Source of the DNA: Lytechinus pictus
Lineage: Eukaryota
Assembly: GCF_037042905.1 (NCBI RefSeq)
Contig: NC_087262.1
Location: 22,506,001-22,570,000 of the forward strand
Reading direction: 5' to 3'
DNA length: 64,000 nucleotides
The notes under the pieces were generated by a model that had not been told where the DNA came from, ran no database searches, and saw only the letters and a program-made list of their open reading frames with translations. A program made the translations under genes and the position numbers. Below are positions 24,870 to 55,621 of this stretch, piece after piece (position 1 is the stretch's first letter; every line of letters starts with the position of its first letter).

Positions 24870-26662
24870 TTAGATTTGGCCCAACAAGGCACACATTCTT
24901 GTTTTAAACACAGCTCAGCTACTCATTCATACATATGGTACAAATAACCCCCAAATAACATCTATTATACAGTATTTTGTGAAAACAACCTTCGCTAAAA
25001 GACATAAATGAAAATATTTAAGTAAGTGTTCCATTTCTTCTATGCACACATTATCAGATATGTAATAAGAGATTTTTCTGACCAGAACGAGAGCCATCAT
25101 GACATAATCAAATTGCAATTCACAGTATGTGGTCTGAAGCCATGCACTTTGCAGATTTCAAGATATAATTACGCTTTATCAAGTATGTATATTGAGAAAG
25201 AGTCCAATAATAAATTATGTGTAATTACAAGTTTTGTCACAATGGCACTATAAATTCAACAATAGATTATTTTCAGTGCAAGAAAAAATCAATACAAATT
25301 GATTCTGATTTTCTGTCTTAAACAGTGTAAAACCACTATTTTAACACAAAACATAAACTGAAGAATTATGACCTGTACATACTACATGTATATCACATAT
25401 TCATGTCAACAGGTGGGGAATATTCACAGTTATGTACAAACAAAATCATAACTAATAACATAACATCAAATTTCTCACCACTGAATCCATTTTATTACAT
25501 TAACATGTATTAAAAGGAAGAAATAAAAAGAGACTTGATCGTTGACAACCGAATTGTGTAATTCACATAGGCTTTGCATAGGGACCTCCAAGAGTGGCGC
25601 TATGGGGGTGGGGATGGGACAAGGGTCCCTTGAAGGAATTTAGAAATAGGAGGGGAAATTAGAGAGAAAAGGGATAGAAAAACAAAATCAGAATGAAAGC
25701 AGAGAAAACAAGGGGGGGGGGGCAGAGATCTGGGTTGTTTGACTCGACATAAATTCAATGCAAATTTTTTTTTCAATTTTCAGTCACCCCCCCAAAAAAA
25801 ATACCCTGGTGCCAACCCTGGGGATCACCATGATGCATTAGACAATAAGTTAACACTACTAATGTGGTTACAGGAAGTAAAACCTTCTCCTTGTCTGTTA
25901 GTTACAAGGCATACTCTTTACTCATATTACCACCACACCATTATCCAAAATCACAACTTTTAGTCAACCCCTTAATATCATAACAATACTATAATTTCTT
26001 TACATACCACTAGTACTACCAATGCTTTTTGACATGTATACTACAAAAACATTACAAAATACACACTTTTGTCTTTTTCAAAAATAGTACACTCTCTATC
26101 TCTTCATCAGTCAATATCAATCAAGTTTATTAATGTTGCTAGTACTGATAAGGTCAAGGCAACATATCTGTTTGATTGCTATTATGTATGATCTTGAATA
26201 CATGGTTATAGAATGCTCAACTTTAAGTTTCATAATTACAAAAGCTCCAAAACCAGCTTGGCATTTAACGTGATGGTTCAGAGTATTAAGTTAATTCATC
26301 CTTGATCAAACATATATTAATATGATTCATTGGATACTTCTATCATGGCTTTGGCATCTCCATCGCAAACACTGTTTTCTGGGCGCTTGTCACCTTTTCC
26401 TCGAGACACACACTGTGCTGGTGTACATTATAAACAATTCCTTGTTTCACCAGGAAAATGAAATGTCATATATTCAAAATTCAACAAATTCAATAAAGTG
26501 TGGATAAAATGAAGATACAATTTTTATATACATAATTTAAAAGAATACAAATGGTGAGGGGATATAACGAGGATATCAGAATGTGGAAGAGTTCAAATAT
26601 TTCCTGTCTCTTTCTCTCAAAAGTAGAAACACAATGACTACCATATAAAGCATCCTTCTCAT

Positions 26663-26921
26663 ATAATAATAATAATAACAATAACGGTATATTTACCCAG
26701 GGTAGCCACTTCAGTTCCAAAAACTGTTCTCCCAGCGGGCCCTGCTATTGTTATTACCCGGCTAAGCTAGGCTACCTATTCAGGTGCACACAGCTTTTTC
26801 AGGAATTACTTCCTGCCGGTACCCATTTACCTCACCTGGGAAACTACGCCATGGCTGGGATTCGAACCCACGACCCTCTGTTTCAAAGTCCGCAGACTAA
26901 TCCACTGGGCCATGACGCTCC
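26663..26921 (-). mobile_element. tRNA-derived SINE (tail type A, internal deletion)
   Basis: Reverse complement has GGTTCGAATCCC and CAGGTGAGGTAAATGGGTACC, plus the same GGAACTGAAGTGGCTACCCTGGGTAAATATACC(ATT)n tail as 20671. Confidence 0.9.
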
Positions 26922-26939
26922 ACCATCACTTGCCATGTA

Positions 26940-27459
26940 AAGTGCGTCCCACAAAATAGGAGACTGGGATTCCCATTTTTTTCTTCCATTTATGGTCTTC
27001 CATTTACACCATAATAAAAATTCAACTCGTCTTCTTCATTTCGATACCAAATGTGATATGAATAGTTTACACATAGATGAGCAAGAAGAGTTTAAAAAAA
27101 TTAATGTCAAAACCAAGTTGTGCAGAAAAATGGGTCAAGATCTGTTCAGGATGCTAGGACATTGCGCAAGGAAGGGATAGGTCATTAGTGAATCTTTTGT
27201 TTTCTTTGTTACGTTTCTTTCACTAGTCCCGAAATGAGAGTGGGTGCTGATTCACACGTGACTTTCTGCGAAACTTGTTTCTGACATGCCTCAGACTTTA
27301 TTGTTTTTACTCTGCAATGCGTAAAATATTCAGTATGTAGTCACACTTAAGAAGAGATTCCATTCTTATGAATGATTAATGTTAATTTCATGATCAAATA
27401 ATCCAATTATTGAGACATATTACACGAAATATGGGTTTCCTTTTTTGTGGGACGCACTG
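26940..27459. mobile_element. Tc1/mariner-type MITE
   Basis: TA|aAGTGCGTCCCACAAAA ... TTTTGTGGGACGCACTG|TA. Confidence 0.8.
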
Positions 27460-28384
27460 TATATTCTCCCATCTACACAATTCATGACTTGGAAAAAAGT
27501 GAGTTTTCATTGATTTTTCTGGTACAGGATGGGCAGTATCCACCTCCCTTTTATACCAAAATAATGACAATGAACATTTAAATGATTCCTAACAAAATGC
27601 CACAAGAAGAAAGAAAAAAGTTCATTTACCAAAAATCAATGATTCATGTAAATGGGAAAATATATATATATGGCAGTTGAGGGTATGTTAATGCTATAAA
27701 ATAGACATCAATATATTTGGCACATTTCTTAACAATTAGCAGGGACATTCCACAAATAACCTCCATCATACATGATAACAACTGTATCTCTAAGTATATG
27801 AGTTAATGAATTGAATGGTTTACTGAATATTAATAAGATTTGAAATTTCTAAGAAAATAGAAACTATTGGGAATAGAATATAAATGCAAGGATGTACAAA
27901 AATGTATATAGGGGTATCATATATTCACAAAGGACGGGATAAGAAAATATTTCTTTATCTCTTTGTTTAAAATATTACAATAAATAGATTTCTACATGCT
28001 CTTTCCGGAAAATAAGGCTAATCCTAATTCCTAGAATATCCTGGATTTTCTAGTCATACAACGCACTTATTTAGAGTTGAATTTTCATTCTGATAACTTA
28101 CTATCTTCTTATAATTTAGTGCTGCTCATATTTTTTCTGTATTCCTCCTACGTTCCTATTCAATAATCTACTAAACCCTATGACAGTATTGTATGTATTT
28201 TTTTGCGATCATTTACCTTGTCGTATCAATACAACCCAAACTCATTGCAACATTGATATAGTTCACAGATATACACACATCAGTCATTGACAAAATGACT
28301 TTTTCATCTCTTTTTTTTGCAGACACTCTGTTTTTATAATTCAAGTTGGTAATACAGTTAAACAAACTTAAAGACATTAATTTT

Positions 28385-28712
28385 GTGGATCTGATTCTCA
28401 TTTTGTAATCAGAGAGTCACTTGTTAGAATCCCACCATGGCTTAGTGTCCTTTGGTCAGGCATCAATCTACAATTTGCCACTCTTCACCCAGGTGCTATA
28501 TGGGTACCCCACAGGATGCAAAAGCCACTGTAGTATGCCTTGCATCTGAATTTTGAAATTCTAACTGATATAGTCCCCAGGGAGTGGAGAAAGTGCATAC
28601 ATTGTGTGCAGGCATGCCAGAATGCAATGACCAGAGTGAAAAGGTGCATACGCAGCTCTTAGTAAAATCCTTGTTATATACAAAGCGCTATATAAAGCTT
28701 GATATTATCATT
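28385..28712 (+). mobile_element. Diverged tRNA-derived SINE (family of 40263-40614)
   Basis: GAATCCCACCATGGC, TTTGCCACTCTTCACCCAGGTG, GGGAGTGGAGAAAGTGCATACATTGT, AAGCGCTATATAAA tail. Confidence 0.8.
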
Positions 28713-29059
28713 TTTTCATCAAGACCATAGAACAGGTGACTTTGTAGCAATAAGACCATTATACTCGTCGCATGCAAATACGAAAAGCAACGTCAACATC
28801 TTCGCAGGTATACATGAGCGATTTCAGCTTCAATTCCAAACAGAGTAAGAGGCACTTTAGAACATGCACCATATAATGCCAAAGTCGGCAACTCCCAACA
28901 ACCTGCATCCCGTAACCTATCACTCGATCTGTGTACTACAGAAACAAGTATGATCTCTGGTTACCAAGGCTGTAGATACTAATCCATGGTAGTATCTCAT
29001 TAAGGCACATATTTATTAGGTTATTGTTGTCTATGAGATGCTAAAGAGTTTATTACGGC

Positions 29060-29469
29060 TCTCTAAATGCTGTTATCAAAGCACTGTAATATGAGTGTGA
29101 CAGTAAATATGTCCCAACTGGAGCTATATGCATTCCACGTTGTTGGATAAATTTCCCTTTGAACGCTAGTACTGTAATATGATTGGCTAAAACAATGCCT
29201 TTATGTTCCAAATACATGTACTGCTACTAAAGTACTGCATTCCAATTTGTTTGGTTAATGTCTTTTTGAATGCTGCTTTCAAAACAGTGCAATATAATTC
29301 ACTGTTCTGATGTTCAAATGTCCCAATTATTGCTACTACATTCCAATTCATTTGATAAACACCTCTTGAAATGGTCCTACAAAAATATGTTTGGATTACT
29401 GTCCCAACTACTGCTTAGGAAGTGCTGCATTCTAAATGGTTAGATATAAAGCCCTTGTGAATACTGTTA

Positions 29470-29495
<26 letters not shown>
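29060..29495. repeat. Decayed ~100-bp tandem repeat (4-5 units) overlapping the SH2D4 stop codon and proximal 3' UTR
   Basis: Recurring AAT(G/A)CTGTTATCAAAGC...TGATTGGCT and TGTCCCAACT...TGCATTC motifs. Confidence 0.65.
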
Positions 29496-48694
<19,199 letters not shown>

Positions 48695-49846
48695 TTATAG
48701 GTGGGACTATCTATAAAAAAGGAAAAATCCGGGGAAAAATCTGTAAACAAAACAAGAAAGGACATCATAATTTACAGTTTATAATTATGGTTTTAATACA
48801 AGCCTTAAATTATGTATAAAAAATGTAAACATGTGGCAAAGATCAAATTTCTGGGGATTTGTCTGCATACCTGTACTACATTTAGTTCAAATTACCATGT
48901 AAAATACACTTGTAAACATTACATACAGTACCATTGGTGGGCTGCATGGAAGGATGCATCTACTCAGTGTTGTTTTACAGTAACGGCTGATTAGCTGATT
49001 TTTCTCAAACAAGCCAATACATATTTCCTCAGACGATTTGTTGTAAAAGAAATGTTTCTGCAGGTCTCAGAGAAAAACCCATATGTACATGTATGAGGTA
49101 GTACTAGTACCTAAACCTATCTACATGTATCCTAAGTTTGATCAGTGCTCTTTGTTTACTTAAAATCTTTTAGGTATGTTGAGAATTCAACCAGTATCTA
49201 GGGACTTTGATCAGGGCAAACAAATTATTTTGAAGACTTCCTTTTATTCAGATGATTAATTTGAAATTGTTACATTTATTATATTTTTGGAAGTAATAGA
49301 ATTTAGTATTCAAGTGTCTCATGTTTGAATTCAGAGGCACAATGAATAGAATATTATTTGGAAGGACCACATAGAAAAATAAATAGTCCTCAGACAATTC
49401 AAAATACAAGGCTCTGTCCAAAACCTTGACAGCAAGAGTGACTTCATTTTCAAAATATACAAAACACAATCTGACGATCATTTCTTTTTTCTTTCATAAT
49501 ATTGACTAGGATTAATAAATAAATCCTTAAATGGGAGCTTCTAGGAAAATACCTAAATATTAATCCTGTGATTGTTACTAGTAATGTTCATTGATGGTAT
49601 CAAACCAACTGAACCGTTTTTATTTTGAATATAGCATCATAAAATAGTTTTTAATCAAGGGGCCTCATTTGCCCCATTTTGATGAGGCAAATACACTGTA
49701 CTGGTAAGGCACCCTGACAATAATGTTTAATGCTTTAATACTAATATGCAAATGAGATTGATTTGTTCTTATATTTCTATTGGATAACGTAGGTCTACTG
49801 TAGACCTAGTATTAGACACCTACTCATGTTTCTACTGCTGCATTAA

Positions 49847-50241
49847 AGGTAAATGCTAGTTTTGGTAACGATATAAAAATGAGTTCGTACAGAATCCAAT
49901 GAAATGACCACCAAAGTGTCTGTTTGTATAAATAAAACGCATGTGCCAAAGGATTCTGGAAGAAATTGTGTAATTGCTGAGAAATCAGCAAATAAGCACA
50001 GGATTCGGGTAGAGCGTCGGGCCCGACGCTCAAAGCAATAATTATACACTGTCCCACGTGCGCTTATCTGTGTTGGGGAAGTTCAGTCTGAACATTTTTC
50101 AGCGTAGATTTCAAGATTTCACAAAGTTCAGTTTATGTAACTGTACCAGATCTAGATCCTCGATGATATACTGATAATTAAGCCTGGTTTTACAGACTTT
50201 CTCATGAAATCAGTGTTTACTGCAACTACTGGAATTTCTCT
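49847..50241. mobile_element. Kolobok-type MITE
   Basis: TTAA|AGGTAAATGCTAGT ... ACTGGAATTTCTCT|TTAA (AG termini, TTAA TSD, imperfect TIR). Confidence 0.75.
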
Positions 50242-50724
50242 TTAAAAAGATGTGATTAGAATTATGAAAAAGGGGGCCTTATTTACCCACACTCTCCCCT
50301 AATTCTATGTACTATCATTCACAATATTCTGCATGATATAAGATTTTTAACTGAGTAAACAATTTTTAACAATTAGCCAAGGGAATTGCTGTGTGCACAG
50401 GCCAGTCAAATAAAAGGGGGTGATCAAAACTCTACATTAACAGGAACTTTTTAAAGAAAGAAAATAATACAGTTTTTTGCTTAAAATCATATAGTTGATT
50501 TCTCTTAAAATTTTACATTACATGGCCAAGGAAGGCATTCCTGAAATCTGGGTTGCATGAAGTGAGGTGTTCATAAAATTTGTTAAAAGATAAATAGGTT
50601 GTAAAATGCAAAATTTTCACATTTTCACAAGTAGTCAGAACATTGGGAGGATTTCAGTACTTTGCGATAAGTTTTATCACAATGTTGACAAATTATTTAC
50701 TTTTATGAAAAACCAAACAGAACC

Positions 50725-51930
50725 CACTCATTCAATGAACAAGGTTATGATATAACCTTGTTCTCAGTTATATCTCCATGTGTGGCAAAATAAGGATAGC
50801 AATGTTTGGCTTATTTTCTCTTTTTCTTTGGGACAAATGCTTGATTTTTTTACACTGACAGTTTCCATTACACCTATTTGTCATACAACTTGGCCCTTAA
50901 GTAAATTTGATTCTTTAAATTATTTTTTTCTTAATTAAAAATAGAGATAAAAAAATGAAAAGTTTCTTGCCATATTATTTTCCACCAATAGAGGGCGTAC
51001 ACAAAAATATGCCCAAAATTCAAGTTTTTTAGCGCTCTAGTGAATACAAAAAATTGTTCCCAAGTTACTTATGAAAAATAAATTGCAACTGTATAGAAAT
51101 TAGTAATTTTGGTGACAAAAGTGATATTTTAATGATTTTTAAAGTGTGTGCTCTGTACAGCATTGGCATGCCATAGTCTTACCTGTAGATTCCCCACAGG
51201 CAGGGTGGTTGCAGTGAACAAGTGACAGGACCCTGGTTTACAGGTCCACCTACTTGCTAACAATTGAGTTTTCCCTTAAGTTGGTTTTTTATACAAACAT
51301 TTTCTATCAAGTTCACATTTCCAACCCCCCAAAAAAATATTGATTAAAATCAATAAGGTCAGGAAAATTCAAACAAACATAATGCTCAAATTTTCATCAA
51401 AATCAGATGTACAATAAGACCACTTGTTCACTGCAACCATCCTGCCTGTGGAGAATCTACAGGTAGGACTATATGGTATGCCAATGCTGTACACAGCACA
51501 CACTTTAAAAAATCATTAAAATGTCACTTTTGTGACCAAAATTACTCATTTCCATACAGTTGCAATTTATTTTTCAGTAGTAACCAGGAAATAATTTTGT
51601 ATTCACCTCAGCGCTCAAAAACTTGAATTTTGGGCATATTTTTGTGTACGCCTTCCATTGGTGGAAAGTAATATGGTAAGAAAATTTTCATTTTTCAATC
51701 TCTATTTTTAATTAAGAAAAAAATAATTCAAAGAATCAAATTTACTTAAGAGCCAAGTTATATGATGAATAGCTGTAATAAAGGAAACAGACAGTGTAAA
51801 AAATCAAGCATTTGTCCAAAAGAAAAAGAGAAAATAAGCCAAACATTGCTACCCATATTTTGCAACAGTCATGGAGATGTAACTGAGAACAAGGTTATAA
51901 TATATCATAACCTTGTTCATTGAATGAGTG
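50725..51930. repeat. Fold-back: ~500-bp inverted arms (50725-51224 and 51421-51930) with a 196-bp spacer, derived from a DNA transposon starting at ~50398
   Basis: CACTCATTCAATGAACAAGG...GGTTGCAGTGAACAAGTG versus CACTTGTTCACTGCAACC...CCTTGTTCATTGAATGAGTG. Confidence 0.92.
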
Positions 51931-52369
51931 AAGAAGACAAAGTTTTGCTTTTTTCACATAACAGATACATGTATATAAAGAACTTAGCAGTTATTAATTA
52001 TATGTAGAAATGGTGACAAAATGATATGTGAAAAAAATGTATAGATCTATTACAAATTTACAATTAAAATCAAGTACCATAAATAAAGAGAAGGGGAGAG
52101 GAAATGAGCACATTTAAAAGGATAACAAAATTAGTGCAATGAGAAAGAGCAGTGACAGTTTAATCATAATAATGTTCATGAAAACATGTCCATTCTAATG
52201 GACACTTCACCTTAACATTCAAATCATATCAATGATCATGTTCAAATTTAAAGTAAGAACTATGAATTGCTTCTACCAAAACATCAACACCACATCAACA
52301 GACAACTAGACCGATGTCAACACCCTACCACTGCACTGCTCAGACCAGTCCAACTCAGCGTGCTCTCAC

Positions 52370-52740
52370 ATGTGCCTCCCCCGGAAGTCTCGGGTACGGT
52401 GTTTCGAAATCGCGCTAAGCTCCCAAGCAATCCAGTAAACAGCGACTCCCGTCAACATTGAATCAAAACAACACCCAAAGAAACACGCTCAATTAATTAA
52501 CATTCCGGAAATCCAACTTATAATCACCTATTTATAATATTTCCAAGAATGAAGTCGTCGTGTTCAGCATCATCCGTTGAAATTGCTGTGTAATTTACGA
52601 TGAGTAATGACCTTCTAATTCATAGACAGCCCAGAAAGAAAATGACCTCAATATTATTTCAATGCACTTCCGCATTTTTGTTTTTCAATAGCTTATAGAG
52701 AGGGGTCCGCTCCCGCGCCACCGGAGGTGCTAGCTAGGGA
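52370..52740 (-). promoter_or_regulatory. Probable SH2D4 promoter and non-coding first exon
   Basis: Local CpG enrichment, ETS-type CGGAAG motifs, candidate minus-strand donors AG|gtgatt (52527) and AT|gtgaga (52369). Exact TSS unknown. Confidence 0.4.
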
Positions 52741-54899
52741 AGGGGGGAGGGCTTGGGGATGATCATTCTGAGATAGAATAAGGATGTTGGATGTCATCAC
52801 CCAGTGATAGAGAAGATGGATTGATATAGCTGTGAGGTTATTTTATTTAACAAAACAAAGAGCCTTTTTTATTAGATTTTGATTTATTTGACCGTCCATC
52901 ACTATGGAGGAGAGAGGACACGAGAGAGACAGAGAAATAATATATGAAGAAACTCTCCTTGACCCACCATCATGTGTACTCTAAGTCTCTAACAGCAAAT
53001 CTTGAAGTAAAAATATTAGCTTAAAATAATTTATGGACCAATTTTTAAAAGCCTCTACCTCTTCAGAATATTTTACTCTACAGTGCTGCGAAGTATGACG
53101 AATGTGACCTCGAGTTTGATTAAATCGGATAGTGGTGTAGAACTTTTCTTTATCAACAAACACTGACGCATTTTTTTCTGTTTTTAAAAGCACATTTGCT
53201 CCAACAAAAGTGTTGATAGTTTAAAAACAGGCACATGATGAACCCCCACTTTTTAATCTTCAGTATACCTTTCTCTACAACCATGCAAAATTTTGTGAAA
53301 ATGACATGGGTTTTGAACTTTGGATAAAGTGCAGCATTTTTACTTCTTACCTCTATATAAACATATAATTTCAATAGGGGGTACATGTAGGACCTGGTTA
53401 TCAGGAAATTGTGTTGTTACTCTCTCCAGGCGGATTTTTTAAGAGTGATATTCTTAAAATTTAGAGACTTTGAACGTAAATAAAAAAATAAAAAAATAAA
53501 AAAATAAAAATAAAAAAGGTACATGACGGGAGATTTGGTTTTAATGTCAATGCCACAATACGGGGGAACATAGTGACCAGGGAGAAATTTTTTGAAATTA
53601 AATCTTGCATTTGGAACACTTTATAAACAAAATTAATGTACATCTCAACATTATCGTTAAATTGATGAATGGAATACTCAACATGCATATAGGCTGCATA
53701 AAGAATACGACCCAATGAATACTGCCTAGTATTGTACAGAATAGAGTCAAATAATTCAAACATGTTGCTTCTATCATGGGGCGTGAGCAGGGGGTGATCG
53801 CCATGATGAAACTATTGGGAATGCGGCAAACATATAATTTTATCGATTTGCCCCGCCCAATGATTTCTGTATCCATTGCAAAAATGTGTTTGAAAAAAAA
53901 AACATTAGAAAGCGCTATAAAACCATCAAACATACTTGACATAAAATACTATTAAACATACAAAATTGAATAATCTTTTCGGCGTGCTTCACATGCAAAA
54001 TTCTCCATGTCTGCAACAAACATATTTTTCGATTTCATAAATCTTATAGGGCCTTCTAATTTTGATGGTTGCATTGATCAGCTCTTTGAATGTTTTTTCT
54101 TTTAGTGCAATCTTCAATTTCATTTTGATTTGCATAAAAGTAATCAATTGCAATAAGTGCATTTTTCATTATCATACATAAATAATTGAGCATTTTCACC
54201 ACTGACCTATGCCCCTATGTAACTGTGCCTTTTGTTCATATTCATAAATTACGAAAATAATTGTGTTGGTTGGTTGGTTGAGTTTAGTGTAAAGGTGGCG
54301 CTATCCATCGATATCCGATGATTTCCGCCAGGCTAAGCGAGAGGGATTCCACCCTCCCCTGTACAGCTCTAGTCATTCGATTTTGCTATTAATTGCACTG
54401 TGTGTGAGATATATATTCACCGAGGAAAGGCGTTATGGAATATTCAAATCTTATGAGTATTTTGTTTAAACATCATTTGTTAGATTGAACAGTTGGTACT
54501 CGTGCTTGTGTTTCCTTTCATGGATGTGGGTGTTAGTTTATTGGTTTTAATAATGTGTCTTTCAAAAGCATTTATAAGCGCTCCTTACTCCATATCTTCG
54601 GTTTATTAAAAAACCGAGTAAAATATAGAAACAGAAGTAGAAAGAAAACTTGTATCTATATGGAATTCCCAATAGAATCTCCAGATATAAATGTTATGTT
54701 GTCTTTTTTTTTTTTAATTCTCTTTTTTTTCCTCCCTATTTACATATATATACATTATAATGCGACATACTACTACAAAATCGCCTAAAAATAAGCCTGA
54801 ATATATACACACAACAACAAAATAGTAACCAGCCTCATATATAGGCATTCACATGTATTAGTACATGCACATATATGTATGTTCATATATTCTCTACAG

Positions 54900-55400
54900 T
54901 TGGTTATAGTTTTCCGCTGCCTTTTATAGGCTAAAATGGCCGGAAAATTTTCTTCTTTGGCGAATAATGTCTTTAGGTTCGGGTTCGTAACTTTCAATTT
55001 GCGATAAAGTCGATCCCTTTGTCTGGCATATAAAGGACAAAATAACATGAAATGCTCAATGGTTTCATGTGTTTGACAATTATTACAAAGTCCTGTATCG
55101 TGTTTTTTCATTATATAATTATAATAATTTAATCTGCATTTACCAAGACGGAATTGATGCAATATTCGTTCATCTTTCCTGCAAAAACCTTTTATAATAC
55201 ATTTATATTTCACCTCTGGTTGACTGGTTGTATGTTAAAAAGGTGCCTGCCTTTTTCCGTGTTTTGCCATGAACTCTGCCATTCATTTTTATAAAAATCT
55301 CACCTTTCACTCAAGTATTCTTGTTTATTTTTGTTAATGTAAACATCAATGACAAAATGTTATTTTTTGAAGCCGCATGTTTTGCTAAAGCGTCTGCTGT
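54900..55400 (-). mobile_element. 5'-truncated non-LTR retrotransposon (I/Nimb-like): end of RNase H plus C-terminal CCHC finger, frameshifted
   Basis: ADALAKHAA (RNase H end); RILHQFRLGKCRLN...CNNCQTHETIEHFMLFCPLY (Cx2Cx7Hx4C). Confidence 0.85.
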
Positions 55401-55604
55401 GTACGTACATGGGTTTGACTTATTGATTATTGATTGATTATTGATTCTCTTTCTCTCTTTCTTTTTTTTTTTGCAATTGGACGTTTCGGCGATACGCGAT
55501 ATACAATCGAGATAACGCAAAAAAAACGCGTACAAAATACAATTTCGGGTACCGGTACTCGCTGAACTTAATTCCAAAGTCGTTTTTTGTGTAAAAGATA
55601 AACA

Positions 55605-55621
55605 ATGCCCAGAGAAAGCCG
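55605..55621 (+). CDS. DDX46: DDX46 first coding exon (MPRESR, 17 nt)
   Basis: aacaATGCCCAGAGAAAGCCG|gtaaga, in a CpG-rich region. Confidence 0.8.
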
